A stretch of DNA of 34,900 bases, taken from Chrysochromulina tobinii (lineage: Eukaryota). Position numbers and translations under genes: made by a program. Numbering within the stretch: the first letter of the stretch is position 1; each line of letters starts with the position of its first letter. Below, piece by piece: positions 18,678 to 27,646 of this stretch. Location of the stretch: positions 1-34,900 of the forward strand of contig JWZX01002582.1 of assembly GCA_001275005.1 (NCBI GenBank), in the 5' to 3' direction. Under the pieces are notes generated by a model. That model searched no databases, was not told where the DNA came from, and worked only from the letters and a program-made list of their open reading frames with translations.

Positions 18678-20003
18678 TCAGAAGCCGCGCGCCGCGCGCT
18701 TGGCCGCGTCATGCAGAGCCTTATGCTCCGCATTCTTGCGCGCAGCTTCGCGTGCGGCATCCGCACTCGCATCGCCAAAGGTATACTGATCGATGTGACC
18801 ACCCGCCGAGACGGCGTCCTTCGCCATCCAGCTCGCATCTGGGGCCGCGCCGTCAAAGTCGGCGTATCCGTCCGAGAAGGAGGAGGCGCCCCAGTCATTG
18901 CAGCCGTACGCCGCCGCCGAGTCTCCCAGATCGCCGGCACCGCCCATCTTCTCCATGTTCTCGACCTTGACCTCTGTGTAGCCGGGGCCAGACAGGAAGG
19001 TGGTCATGCCGACGGCGTTGTACGCGTTGGGCACGTGGCCCCTGTAGCCGGGGATGACGCCGTTGCCGTCAATGCGCATCGTGGGCTTGAACGCCACCTC
19101 AGTCTTCGTGTTGACGCGGTTGACCGTGCCCATAATCTGGTCGCCCGTGTTGACACCGGAGTTAGACTCGTCCTTCAGGTGGGCCGGCTTCTTGGCCTCG
19201 ACGGTGCGCGTGTGCCCCATCGCCGACGCGCCGTACTTGTCCTTCGCGCGGGGCACGTGGCCCGCGTACTTGGGCACCACACCGTTGCGCTCGTCGCGGA
19301 AGTCAGTCATGAAGCCCTTGATAGCCGCCGTGGGTGGGCCCTGGGGCCACCACTCCTCGCCGTCGTCGTTAGGGTCAGAGCGCTGGTAGTCGCCACTCTC
19401 GAGCCCGCGCACCTTGGGCGAGCGCGAGAAGAGCTCACGAAGCTCTGCGATCTCCTCGTGCTCCTGCACCTTGGCGAAGGGCGGAGTCGCACCCTTGGCG
19501 CTCTTGCCGTACGTGTGCAGCGCGCGGGGCACGTGGCCGCCGTAGCCGGGCAGCACGCCACCGACCTGAACCGAGTACTCGGGCAGGCCCTCCGCCCACA
19601 CACCCGCATCGGCCTTCGTGCTCGGGTGCCCTGTCTGCTCGCCGTCGACGCCTACGCCGGCGCCTTGATATGTAGTGCCCTTGTCATTCCACACGGCCAT
19701 GTCGCCGAAGACCTCCAGATCGCCTTTCTTGCGCAGCTCCCCAGCGTGCGAGAGGCCGTTAGGATCGCCAAAGGCAGCCTTGCCGTACGTGTGTTGGGCG
19801 CGGGGGCGGTGGCCCGCATAGCCCGGAATGACGCCGTTGACCGTGTCGCAGTAGCGGGTGTTCGGCTCTGCCGGATCCTCCTGGCGGTATGGCAGCGGGG
19901 CCTCGACGAGCGACTTGTGGCCATCGGGGTTGGGGGGCTTCCTGCGCACCGGCGCCGTCTTCGTCGCCACCGCGGTGTTGCCGCTACCGCCAGCGTACGA
20001 CAT
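18678..20003 (-). CDS. FAM166/CIMIP2-like ciliary microtubule inner protein (PGYxGHxP repeats)
   Basis: Four repeats: IPGYAGHRPRA, LPGYGGHVPRA, VPKYAGHVPRA, IPGYRGHVPNA, each followed by YG/VG. ATG at 20003 (MSYAGGSG); strong codon bias. Confidence 0.8.
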   Translation of the reverse strand: MSYAGGSGNTAVATKTAPVRRKPPNPDGHKSLVEAPLPYRQEDPAEPNTRYCDTVNGVIPGYAGHRPRAQHTYGKAAFGDPNGLSHAGELRKKGDLEVFGDMAVWNDKGTTYQGAGVGVDGEQTGHPSTKADAGVWAEGLPEYSVQVGGVLPGYGGHVPRALHTYGKSAKGATPPFAKVQEHEEIAELRELFSRSPKVRGLESGDYQRSDPNDDGEEWWPQGPPTAAIKGFMTDFRDERNGVVPKYAGHVPRAKDKYGASAMGHTRTVEAKKPAHLKDESNSGVNTGDQIMGTVNRVNTKTEVAFKPTMRIDGNGVIPGYRGHVPNAYNAVGMTTFLSGPGYTEVKVENMEKMGGAGDLGDSAAAYGCNDWGASSFSDGYADFDGAAPDASWMAKDAVSAGGHIDQYTFGDASADAAREAARKNAEHKALHDAAKRAARGF

Positions 20004-20461
20004 GGCTGCACGAGTGCGGAGAGCCACGCTTTTTGGCAGGAGCCAACTTCGTTGTTTCGAGAAGTTGTTTCGCGAGCCACTGTGGGGTTTTGAATTTTCG
20101 TTGCAAGCGGGACAAGTTCGGAAAACTGAGTGTCCATGTACCAAACAACACGCGCGCATCCGCCACACAAACGCGACGTACCCTTCGCGACCCGCACATC
20201 GACGTCCACAGGTCCAATTGCATAGCCATAGGCACACACGCTCAAGCACATCAAGCCAGCCAGATCAGAGCTCACCGCCTCACCCGGGCACAACATCTCC
20301 CAACATCTTCGTGGTGCTTTACGACCTCACGCATCCCGAGTGCGCAGCGCGCGCGGAAGGACGGCGCGCGGGGGGTGGCGCGATCGACGGCTCCAAACCG
20401 TCACGCTGCGAATCACACACCCTGCGCTGCTGCTCGCTGCGACAGGAGACCCCGCGCGCGC

Positions 20462-21513
20462 TTAGAAGGGCGGCGGGATCTTGCCGACCGTGTCGAGGTT
20501 GAGGCCGTTGAAGTACGGGTGCTCGAGGGCGTCCTTGGCGGTGATGCGCGCCTGCGGCGTGTAGAGGAGCATGTGCTTGACGAGGTCGAGGCCCTCGTCG
20601 TTGAGCCTGTCCGTCTGCGGCACCACCTCGCGCAGCTGCTTGGGCTGCCACTTGGGGAAGTTGGTCTTGAAGTCGGGCAGCTGTGAGACGCCCGTCCAGA
20701 GCGTCTCGTTCGGCGTGCCGAGCACCCGGAAGATCTTGAAGATCTCGTCAATCTCCGAGTCGCCCGGGAACATCGGGTGGCCGGTGACCATCTCGGGGAT
20801 CATGGTGCCGAGCGACCACATGTCGACCGGGCACGAGTACTGCTTGGATCCGAGCAAGATCTCAGGCGCGCGGTACCAGAGCGTGACCACCTCGTGCGTG
20901 TACGTGCGCAGCGGCACCGTGAACGCGCGCGCGAGCCCAAAGTCAGCGAGCTTGAGCGAGCCCTTCTTTGGGTCCACGAGCACGTTCTGCGGCTTGAGGT
21001 CGCGGTGGAAGATGCGGTGCGAATGGCACCACCGGAGGCCGTCGAGCATCTGGTAGGTGAACGACTTGACGCACTCCGCGCTCAGCTTGTACTGCTGTGA
21101 CTTCATGTACTTCTTGAGGTCAAACTCGCAGTACTCGAAGCACAGGTACAATTTGTTGTCGTTCGGCATGTAGAAGACGTCCTTGAGCCTGCAAGAGAGC
21201 GAGAGAGAGAGCGCGCGCGCGCGCGAGTGAGCGGCGTCCTTTGCGAGCGCGCAGGTCCGGGTTAAGCGAGCGCGCGCGCGGTGCACGCACTGGACGTACG
21301 GTTGGGGTGCTGCAGCTCCTTGAGCAGCGACACCTCGCGCAGCGTGGTGCCCGGAACACCCTCATCCTCGCACTCGAGCTTGATCTTCTTGAGCGCGGCA
21401 ATTTCACCCGTCTTCTCGTGCGTCGCGACGTAGACCTCGCCGAATGTGCCCTCACCCAGCTTCTCGCCGCGCTTCCACAACTTGAACGACGCGGTGGCTT
21501 CAGCTGCAGCCAT
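20462..21513 (-). CDS. cyclin-dependent kinase, CDK1/2 (CDKA/CDKB)-like; two coding exons (21513 to about 21287; 21188-20462)
   Basis: [69 protein letters not shown]. Clear acceptor TTGCAG at 21189; donor ambiguous. A further acceptor (GCTAAT...CCCGCAG) ends at 21519, 5 nt before the ATG, suggesting a 5'-UTR intron. Confidence 0.92.
21189..21286 (-). other. ordinary GT-AG intron of the CDK gene with (GC)n and (CT)n tracts
   Basis: Polypyrimidine tract plus TTGCAG acceptor. The in-frame donor is at 21286; a better-looking donor at 21290 is out of frame. Confidence 0.65.
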
Positions 21514-22452
21514 GGTGCCTGCGGGTGGGCCATGGCGCGTGAGCATTAGCAGCGAGTGAGCGGGTGGCGGCCACGGCTGCGGCGCGCGGCGCGTGGCGTG
21601 CTGGATGTTGGCCCGCCCTCAGGCGCCCGAAGGTGCAGGTCCGCGCCAAACGCGGGCGAGGCCAGGCAGTACGGCCAGCTCCGCGCTGAGCAGGTGGAGG
21701 TGCGACACGGCACGCAGCCACCCGAGGCTCGATGCAGCGCGCGCGCGAGCTAGTCAGCGCCTCGAAGGAGGCAGAGCGAGCGCTGCCTGGCTCGCCGCGA
21801 ACCCGCGAGCGCCGCGGCCACACCCGGCAGCAGCCAGCAGCGGCGGCGAGACTGGTAAAATGGCGGCCGCACCGACGCTTCGAACTCAAGCGGGACAACC
21901 CTGGAGGTTGTGGAATGCAAAAGACATTCCCGGAATGGGCGTTGGCGAGCGCCTTTCCTCGTGACTTTGGATCTCATGGGATAGGACCTTCCCATGACCT
22001 GTTCGAGGTCACTTCAGGTGTGAAGGCGTTCACCGCTCACACGCGCGCCCGACCTCGTCGCGCCAAGTACGCGGTCTCGTCTCCGCGCGCGCGCGCACCT
22101 CTCACATAGGTGGCCAACACAAGCAATGCGGGTGGACTCCTCCCGTGACCCCCGCGTTGACTCGTTTGCCTACAATAGCCGCCAGCCGCATAACTCCCGA
22201 CCGGGCAGCGTACCAACACGCTTCGGCAGCCACCGCGGCCGTTGCGTGTGCCTCGCACTCCCTCTACCTGGCCGGGTTTAGACGAGCTGCACATCCTCCG
22301 CATCGCGCGTCGTCCGCAAGCGCCACCCGCGCACGCCCTCCCTCCCTCCCTCTCTCTCTCCTCTTCTAACCACGCGCTCTTCGCGCCCACGCCACGCAGT
22401 CGCAGCCGCTACCACCTCTGCTGCCGTTCTTTTGCATGATCAGTCGTCTGCC

Positions 22453-23538
22453 ATGGCAGACGACGAGCTGATGCGCCGGCTGCAAGCGCTGCGCGGTGAC
22501 GATGCGCCCGGCGGCGCCACCGACGACGAGCTCATCGCCAAGTCGCGTGAGCTGCGTGACCTACCCAGCACAACCCCGCTGCCGAAGCCGGTAGCGGGCT
22601 GGCTGCCGCCAGCGCCGCCCGAGGGGCCGGCGGGCGCCGGCAAGTCCAGCGTGAACGACAAGCTCGGACGGCTCTTCGACACCTTTGTGGACGGCGGGCG
22701 TGGCGGCGCTAGTGCCGGCGCCGCCGAGGCCGACGTGCTGCTGCAGCAGGCGGCCGACGCGGTACGGCTCGAGGGCGGCGGCGCCCACGCAGCCGTCGGT
22801 AACGACCGCGTCGCGCAGTGGCTGCACGCGCGCGGCGAGGCCGACGGGGCCGGCAACGCCGCCCTCGACGCCGCGCGCCTCGCCGCCCTGGCCGCCCTCG
22901 CCGCCGGCGCACCTCCCGAAGAACAGCCCCTCGCTGCGCTGAGCAAGGCAGAGCTCGCCAGCATCAAGGGCGAGTCGGATCGCGCCCTCTGCGAGGGGCT
23001 GCAGGGCCTTTGCGCGGGCACGAGCGCCGCCGCCAAGGGCGCGCCGACCAGCGCCAAGGGCGGCGCCGCCGCCGCCGACTTGATGGGCGCCGTGATGGGC
23101 TCCCTCGGCTTCGATGGCGTTGATGAGGCCAAGGAGGACGACGAGGCTGCAGAAGCGGAACGTCTGCTCGCCGAGATGGCAGATGAGCTCGAGGCGGAGG
23201 TGCGCTTCGCGCAGATGCCGACCGTGCCCCAGCACGTGCCCGCACCGAGTTCCGTCGCCGCTCTCTTCCCGAGTGCGCCGACGCACCAAGCACGGCAGCC
23301 CGCGCCCAGGACGGCGGCCCCGCCAGCGCCTGCGCCGCCGGACGAGATGGAGCGCTGGTGCATCGTCTGCAATGAGGACGCGCACGTGTGGTGCGTCGGC
23401 TGCGATGGCGACCCATACTGCAACCGCTGCTGGCGCGAGGGCCACGTCGGGCCGGACGCATCGTTCGCCGGGCATCGGAAGGTACCCATCAGCCAGGCGC
23501 GCCCGGCGGGCTCGGCGGCGGGCGAGGACAATCTCTGA
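22453..23538 (+). CDS. ZFYVE19/ANCHR-like C-terminal B-box zinc-finger protein (no FYVE domain seen)
   Basis: WCIVCNEDAHVWCVGCDGDPYCNRCWREGH matches the ZFYVE19 C-terminal pattern WCxxCNEDAxxxCxxCDGDxxCxxCxxEGH. N-terminal DDELMRRLQALR resembles a MIT-interacting motif. Confidence 0.72.
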   Translation: MADDELMRRLQALRGDDAPGGATDDELIAKSRELRDLPSTTPLPKPVAGWLPPAPPEGPAGAGKSSVNDKLGRLFDTFVDGGRGGASAGAAEADVLLQQAADAVRLEGGGAHAAVGNDRVAQWLHARGEADGAGNAALDAARLAALAALAAGAPPEEQPLAALSKAELASIKGESDRALCEGLQGLCAGTSAAAKGAPTSAKGGAAAADLMGAVMGSLGFDGVDEAKEDDEAAEAERLLAEMADELEAEVRFAQMPTVPQHVPAPSSVAALFPSAPTHQARQPAPRTAAPPAPAPPDEMERWCIVCNEDAHVWCVGCDGDPYCNRCWREGHVGPDASFAGHRKVPISQARPAGSAAGEDNL

Positions 23539-23810
23539 CCCTCGACTCGTGGATGAGACGGCGCGTGTGCGCGCGTGTACATTGCGGGACCTTCTCTTGC
23601 GCTGTACTATAGGTGTACACAAAAACTTAGGAGTAGCCCCCGTTAGCTGATAGCTCCGACCGGGTAGTATAATTGCGACTCAGCACGTCACCGCTCGGCT
23701 TGCGCTTCGGCTGTGTGAACCACACGCCCCCTGCTATTTACCGCCCACGCCGACTCGACTCGCAGCCCAAACGCAGGTCGCAGCCCACACGGCCCTAATC
23801 TGCTATACTG

Positions 23811-26147
23811 CTACTCGCTTGGACTACGCTTGGACTTGCCCTTCTTATCGTCCTGTGCCTTGGGGGGCTTATTAGGCCTGGTCTTGGACTTGAGTTCCGG
23901 CTCGGCACGGTGCTTGCCATGCACGAGCACCGTGTCGGCCGAGAGTGCGCGAACGCTCGCCTCGTTCCACACGTCGAGACGATTCTGCACGAGGTCGGTG
24001 TACAGGAAGCGGTGAGCGTGCGCCTGCCATATATGGAAGTGGCGTGGCTCGTGCAGGAACAAGTGCGTCGAGACGTCATGCGGCTGGCGGGGGTGCTCGT
24101 GCGCCACACGATGCATCAGCGCCACGAAGCACGGCTGGCCGAGCCGGTAGAGGCCGGCCGAGTTCATGTGGTAGTGGTGTGTACTCACCATGGCATGTGC
24201 CAACCGAGGCTGCTGCGCGGGGCCCTTGCGCCAGTAGCCACGTGGCGCTGCGGCCTCCTCGGCCACGCGCGCGAGCCACAACGGTCGAATGGGCACCACG
24301 TCGGCCTCCATCCACAGCATCGCGTCGTACTGGGCATGCAACGCCTTGTCGAAAAAGAGACGGTAGAAGAGGTTGTTCGGGCCCGTGTTGTCCCAGCCGC
24401 CTACGTAGTACTGCTCGGCGCGCGTCAGGTTGGCAGGGCGCACGTAGACGCGCCCAAAGCAGCGCGCGGCGCCCCCGAGGAGGGCCGTCGGCTCCGCCCA
24501 CGGAATCCAAGAGAGCTCTGGGTGCGACGGCCCATCGGCGGCATAGAGCATCAAGTCCGCGCGAAACGACGCCGGGAAGGCGCTGCCGCCGCCCGCGCCG
24601 CGGCCGTTCGCGTCGCCGTCAGCAGCGCAAGGCTCGAGGCCGCCGCCGTCACGCCAACTGCCGAGGTTGGACACGAGCCGCGATCAGAGGAGGCAATCAG
24701 AGGAGGCAATCAAGAGGCAATTAACGACACTCGCCTGCCGAGGTTGGACACGAGCCGCGATCGCTCCGCTGCGACGAAAGGCATCACGATGACGATCTTC
24801 GGCCGCTCGAGTGGCGCCGACGCCGACGTCGGCGGGCATGCGAGTGGGGGCGCCAGCGCCGGCTGAGCCTGTCCAAAGCGCAGCGCTCTCTGCAGCTGCC
24901 AGCGCAGCAGGTTGCCTTCCGACGCGAGCCCGTGCTGTGGAACGCCCAGCGCTGTCTCGAGCACTTCGAGCATGTGCTCCGCGCTGAAGCGGAGCGGCGG
25001 CAGCGGCGGCGGCGAGGGCGACGAGGAGGGCAAGGAGGGCGAGGAGGGTGAGGAGGGCGGTGGCAGCCGCGACGCGACCTCGAACATGGCCAAGAAGGCG
25101 TGCATCGTGGGCATCCTGGTGACGATGGCCTTCAGCAACTCGAGCGCCTCGCCCACGCGCCCCGCGCGCAGCAGCAGCGCCGCACATACGCGCACCCCCG
25201 CGTGGGTCCACAGGTCCGCGCGCTCATCTTCACCTGATGAAGGAGGCAATCATCACGTACTCAAAGAAGCAATCAGCATGGAATCATCCCGCAGGTCCCG
25301 CGTGCTCATCCGCACCTGACGACTCCGGCGGGTCGCAATGTCCATGCTCTCGCAGCAGCTGCACGCCCACGGCCGCGCCGCGCGCCGTGCCCAGCGCCGT
25401 GCCGAGCGCTCGGCTGAGCGCCGTCTTGCGATTGGCTTCTCCAAACTCGAGCACGAGCTGCGCGAGCTCGGCCATAATCTCGGCGCGAAGCACGGGTGCC
25501 GGCAGCACACCGAGAAGGTGCGTGAGGAGGAGGGTGCTCCCCAGGTCGTGCAGCAGCATGAACAGCCGCTTGTGGTCCTCGCGGTTCGGCGGCGCGGTCG
25601 GCATGTACTGCAGCATCGTGGCGCACTCGTGTACCCAACCATCGAACACCTGCGCCGACTTCTCGTCGATGGTGCTCACCGAGCCCGCAGCTGGCCGCTC
25701 GAGCGCCTCGAAGACGTCGATGGCCCCGATGCGCTGCTGGAGTAGCTGCTGCTTCGACGATTGCGCCAGCTGCTGAGCGCTCAGGCACGCGCCATGCAGT
25801 GCCTCGCGCGCCATCGCAAACTGGCTGTCGCGTAGCGCGTGCACCGTCCGCGTGAAGCGCTGCTCGATGTCGGCAGCATGGGCGCCACGCAGTGTGGCGT
25901 CGGCCTGCTCGACGGCCGCAAAATCTGCGAGCCACGCCGAGGTGCCGACCGGGTAGCCATCAGCGTCTGCAGCGTTTGCGGCCACCGCCGCGCACGATGA
26001 GGCGTCATCATCGATCGGCTGGACCGGCAGCGGCCGGTCACTCAGCAGCGCACGGTGGTTGAGCGTGAGCATTCGCATCATGGCTTGCTCCTCGGCCAAG
26101 TGCGACTCCGTCGCGCCCGAGGCCGCGACGACGACGCATATGAGCAT
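23811..26147 (-). CDS. secreted/Golgi protein of about 725 aa with C-terminal glycosyltransferase-like domain; exons 26147-25316, 25233-24735, 24657-23811
   Basis: Hydrophobic N-terminus MLICVVVAASGAT. Three ORFs join in frame (phase 1, then phase 2). IVIVMPF...GPNNLFYRLF...YDAMLWMEADVVPIRPLWL...HMNSAGLY resembles a GT-A fold with an ExD motif. The function call is tentative. Confidence 0.7.
24658..24734 (-). other. spliceosomal intron C (GC-AG, phase 2, 77 nt) with TGATTGCCTC(CTC) repeats and an exact 28-nt exon duplication
   Basis: Minus strand CAG|GCGAGT...CGGCAG|TTGG. Plus-strand CTGCCGAGGTTGGACACGAGCCGCGATC occurs at 24658-24685 and 24735-24762. Confidence 0.88.
25234..25315 (-). other. 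spliceosomal intron D (GT-AG, phase 1, 82 nt) with degenerate TGATTGC units; 5' part is a decayed copy of the downstream exon
   Basis: TCAG|GTGCGGATGAGCACGCGGGACCTG vs TCAG|GTGAAGATGAGCGCGC-GGACCTG. Ends CCTCCTTCATCAG. Confidence 0.85.
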
Positions 26148-26285
26148 GATCGCAAAAAAATAGATGTTTTGACCAGCTAAGCTTGGAGACTTTTCTATTC
26201 AGTTCTACACGGTACCCGGATACATGTCGGGAGGTTTTTTTCACACGTGTCCCGGCCCGAAACGGGCTCGCTTTCCCTTCGCAAA

Positions 26286-27317
26286 ATGAAGCTGTTGCTC
26301 TTCCTGTGCTCCACTGCGATTGCCACGGCCGACTGGTGTCCACAGGGGCCGGCTCGCAGCGACGCTGAGGTCGATGCAATCATCAAGAACATGACTAGCG
26401 CAAGTTTCTCATCGGATCAGCTCAAGGCTCTGTCCAAGGGCCTGACAGAGGGCATGGATCACAACTTGCCGCTCCGCTCCCAGTCGATGGTTGCCTTGCT
26501 GCAACCTCTCTCGTTCTCAGCTGACAAGGCCACGGCGCTTCAGCTCATGCTGCGCTACGCTCAGGGTATGAATTGTTCAGAGGGCGCAGGCATCCTGAAA
26601 GCCTTCAGCTTCAGCAGCGACAGGCTCACGGTGCTGCCGGGCATTGCGGCAATGCTGTTCGACACGAAGAGCAACAACGCTTCGATACTGGACGCGTTCG
26701 ATTTCTCCTCTGACAAAGCGGCGGCGCTCAAGATCCTGCAGAGCACGCCGCAGCAGTCGTGCACGTTCGGGCCGATCTCCGTCAAAAAGGCCATCTTCTT
26801 GGTCGATGTCTCCGGGAGTATGAGCACCTCATTCACCGCGCCCGACGGCAGCATGTACACGCGACTCTCGTATGTGCAAGCCCAGCTCTCCGACGTGATC
26901 CTCGACCAGCTTCCAAAACTGGCAGGCCGTATGTTTGACGTCCTCAAGTTCTCTGATTCCGTTGGCTCGTGGGCACCCGGCCTCCTTCCCGCCAACACAT
27001 CCAATGCAGCCTCCGCTACCCAGTACGTAGCGAGCTGGGTGGCGAACGGCGGTACGAGCACCCTCGCTGCACTCGGCGCGGCGTACAAGCCGGACGGGGT
27101 CGAGGCTGTCTATCTCCTCTCGGACGGCGTCCCCTCGGATGCGCCGCCGAGCCAGATCATTGCCATGGCCTCGACGCTCTCGAAAAACGGCACGGTGCCG
27201 TGCAACACGATCCTCTTCATGGAGGGCGGGACGGAGGACAGGGCGGCTGCGGAGTCCTTTATGAAGACGCTTGCCGAGGCGACCGGCGGCGTCTTCCGCA
27301 GCGCGTCCAACCGTTAA
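26286..27317 (+). CDS. secreted DUF4476-like repeat plus von Willebrand factor A domain protein
   Basis: Signal MKLLLFLCSTAIATA; four (S/D)FS(S/A)D(K/R/Q) helical motifs typical of DUF4476; vWA MIDAS DVSGS...GGT...LSDG. Intronless. Confidence 0.8.
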   Translation: MKLLLFLCSTAIATADWCPQGPARSDAEVDAIIKNMTSASFSSDQLKALSKGLTEGMDHNLPLRSQSMVALLQPLSFSADKATALQLMLRYAQGMNCSEGAGILKAFSFSSDRLTVLPGIAAMLFDTKSNNASILDAFDFSSDKAAALKILQSTPQQSCTFGPISVKKAIFLVDVSGSMSTSFTAPDGSMYTRLSYVQAQLSDVILDQLPKLAGRMFDVLKFSDSVGSWAPGLLPANTSNAASATQYVASWVANGGTSTLAALGAAYKPDGVEAVYLLSDGVPSDAPPSQIIAMASTLSKNGTVPCNTILFMEGGTEDRAAAESFMKTLAEATGGVFRSASNR

Positions 27318-27646
27318 GGGCCGTCAGATCGCTGTCAAGAGACGAAAGCGAAAACGGCGCCGCGTCGCAGTCGCTCGCACATGGTCTCGAGGTGGTGTAG
27401 GACCCCGACAGTTCATTCGCCGGGAGCGGCGCCGGTCTGCGCCGTCGGGGAGGGGTTTTTCCCTGGACCCATGAAGATGCCTGCAAGCAAGCAAGCACAG
27501 TCGAAACAAATCAAGTATCTAAAAGGGAGCAACCTAGTGCTCCATTAGTCAGCAGTGAATGAAAGATTGAGTCGTGGACTTTTTCTGCAGACTTTTTCGA
27601 TCTGGCATGTTTGCGGGTTTTGGGACGCAAAATTGCGTACTCATTC

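Noticed and set aside
18339..20093. 584-aa plus-strand ORF
   Set aside because: Antisense shadow of the strongly codon-biased FAM166-like gene; Arg/Ala/Val-rich with no motifs.
21643..21650. E2F-like site (TTTGGCGC on minus strand) upstream of the CDK
   Set aside because: A single 8-mer in GC-rich DNA, probably inside a 5'-UTR intron, with the TSS unknown.
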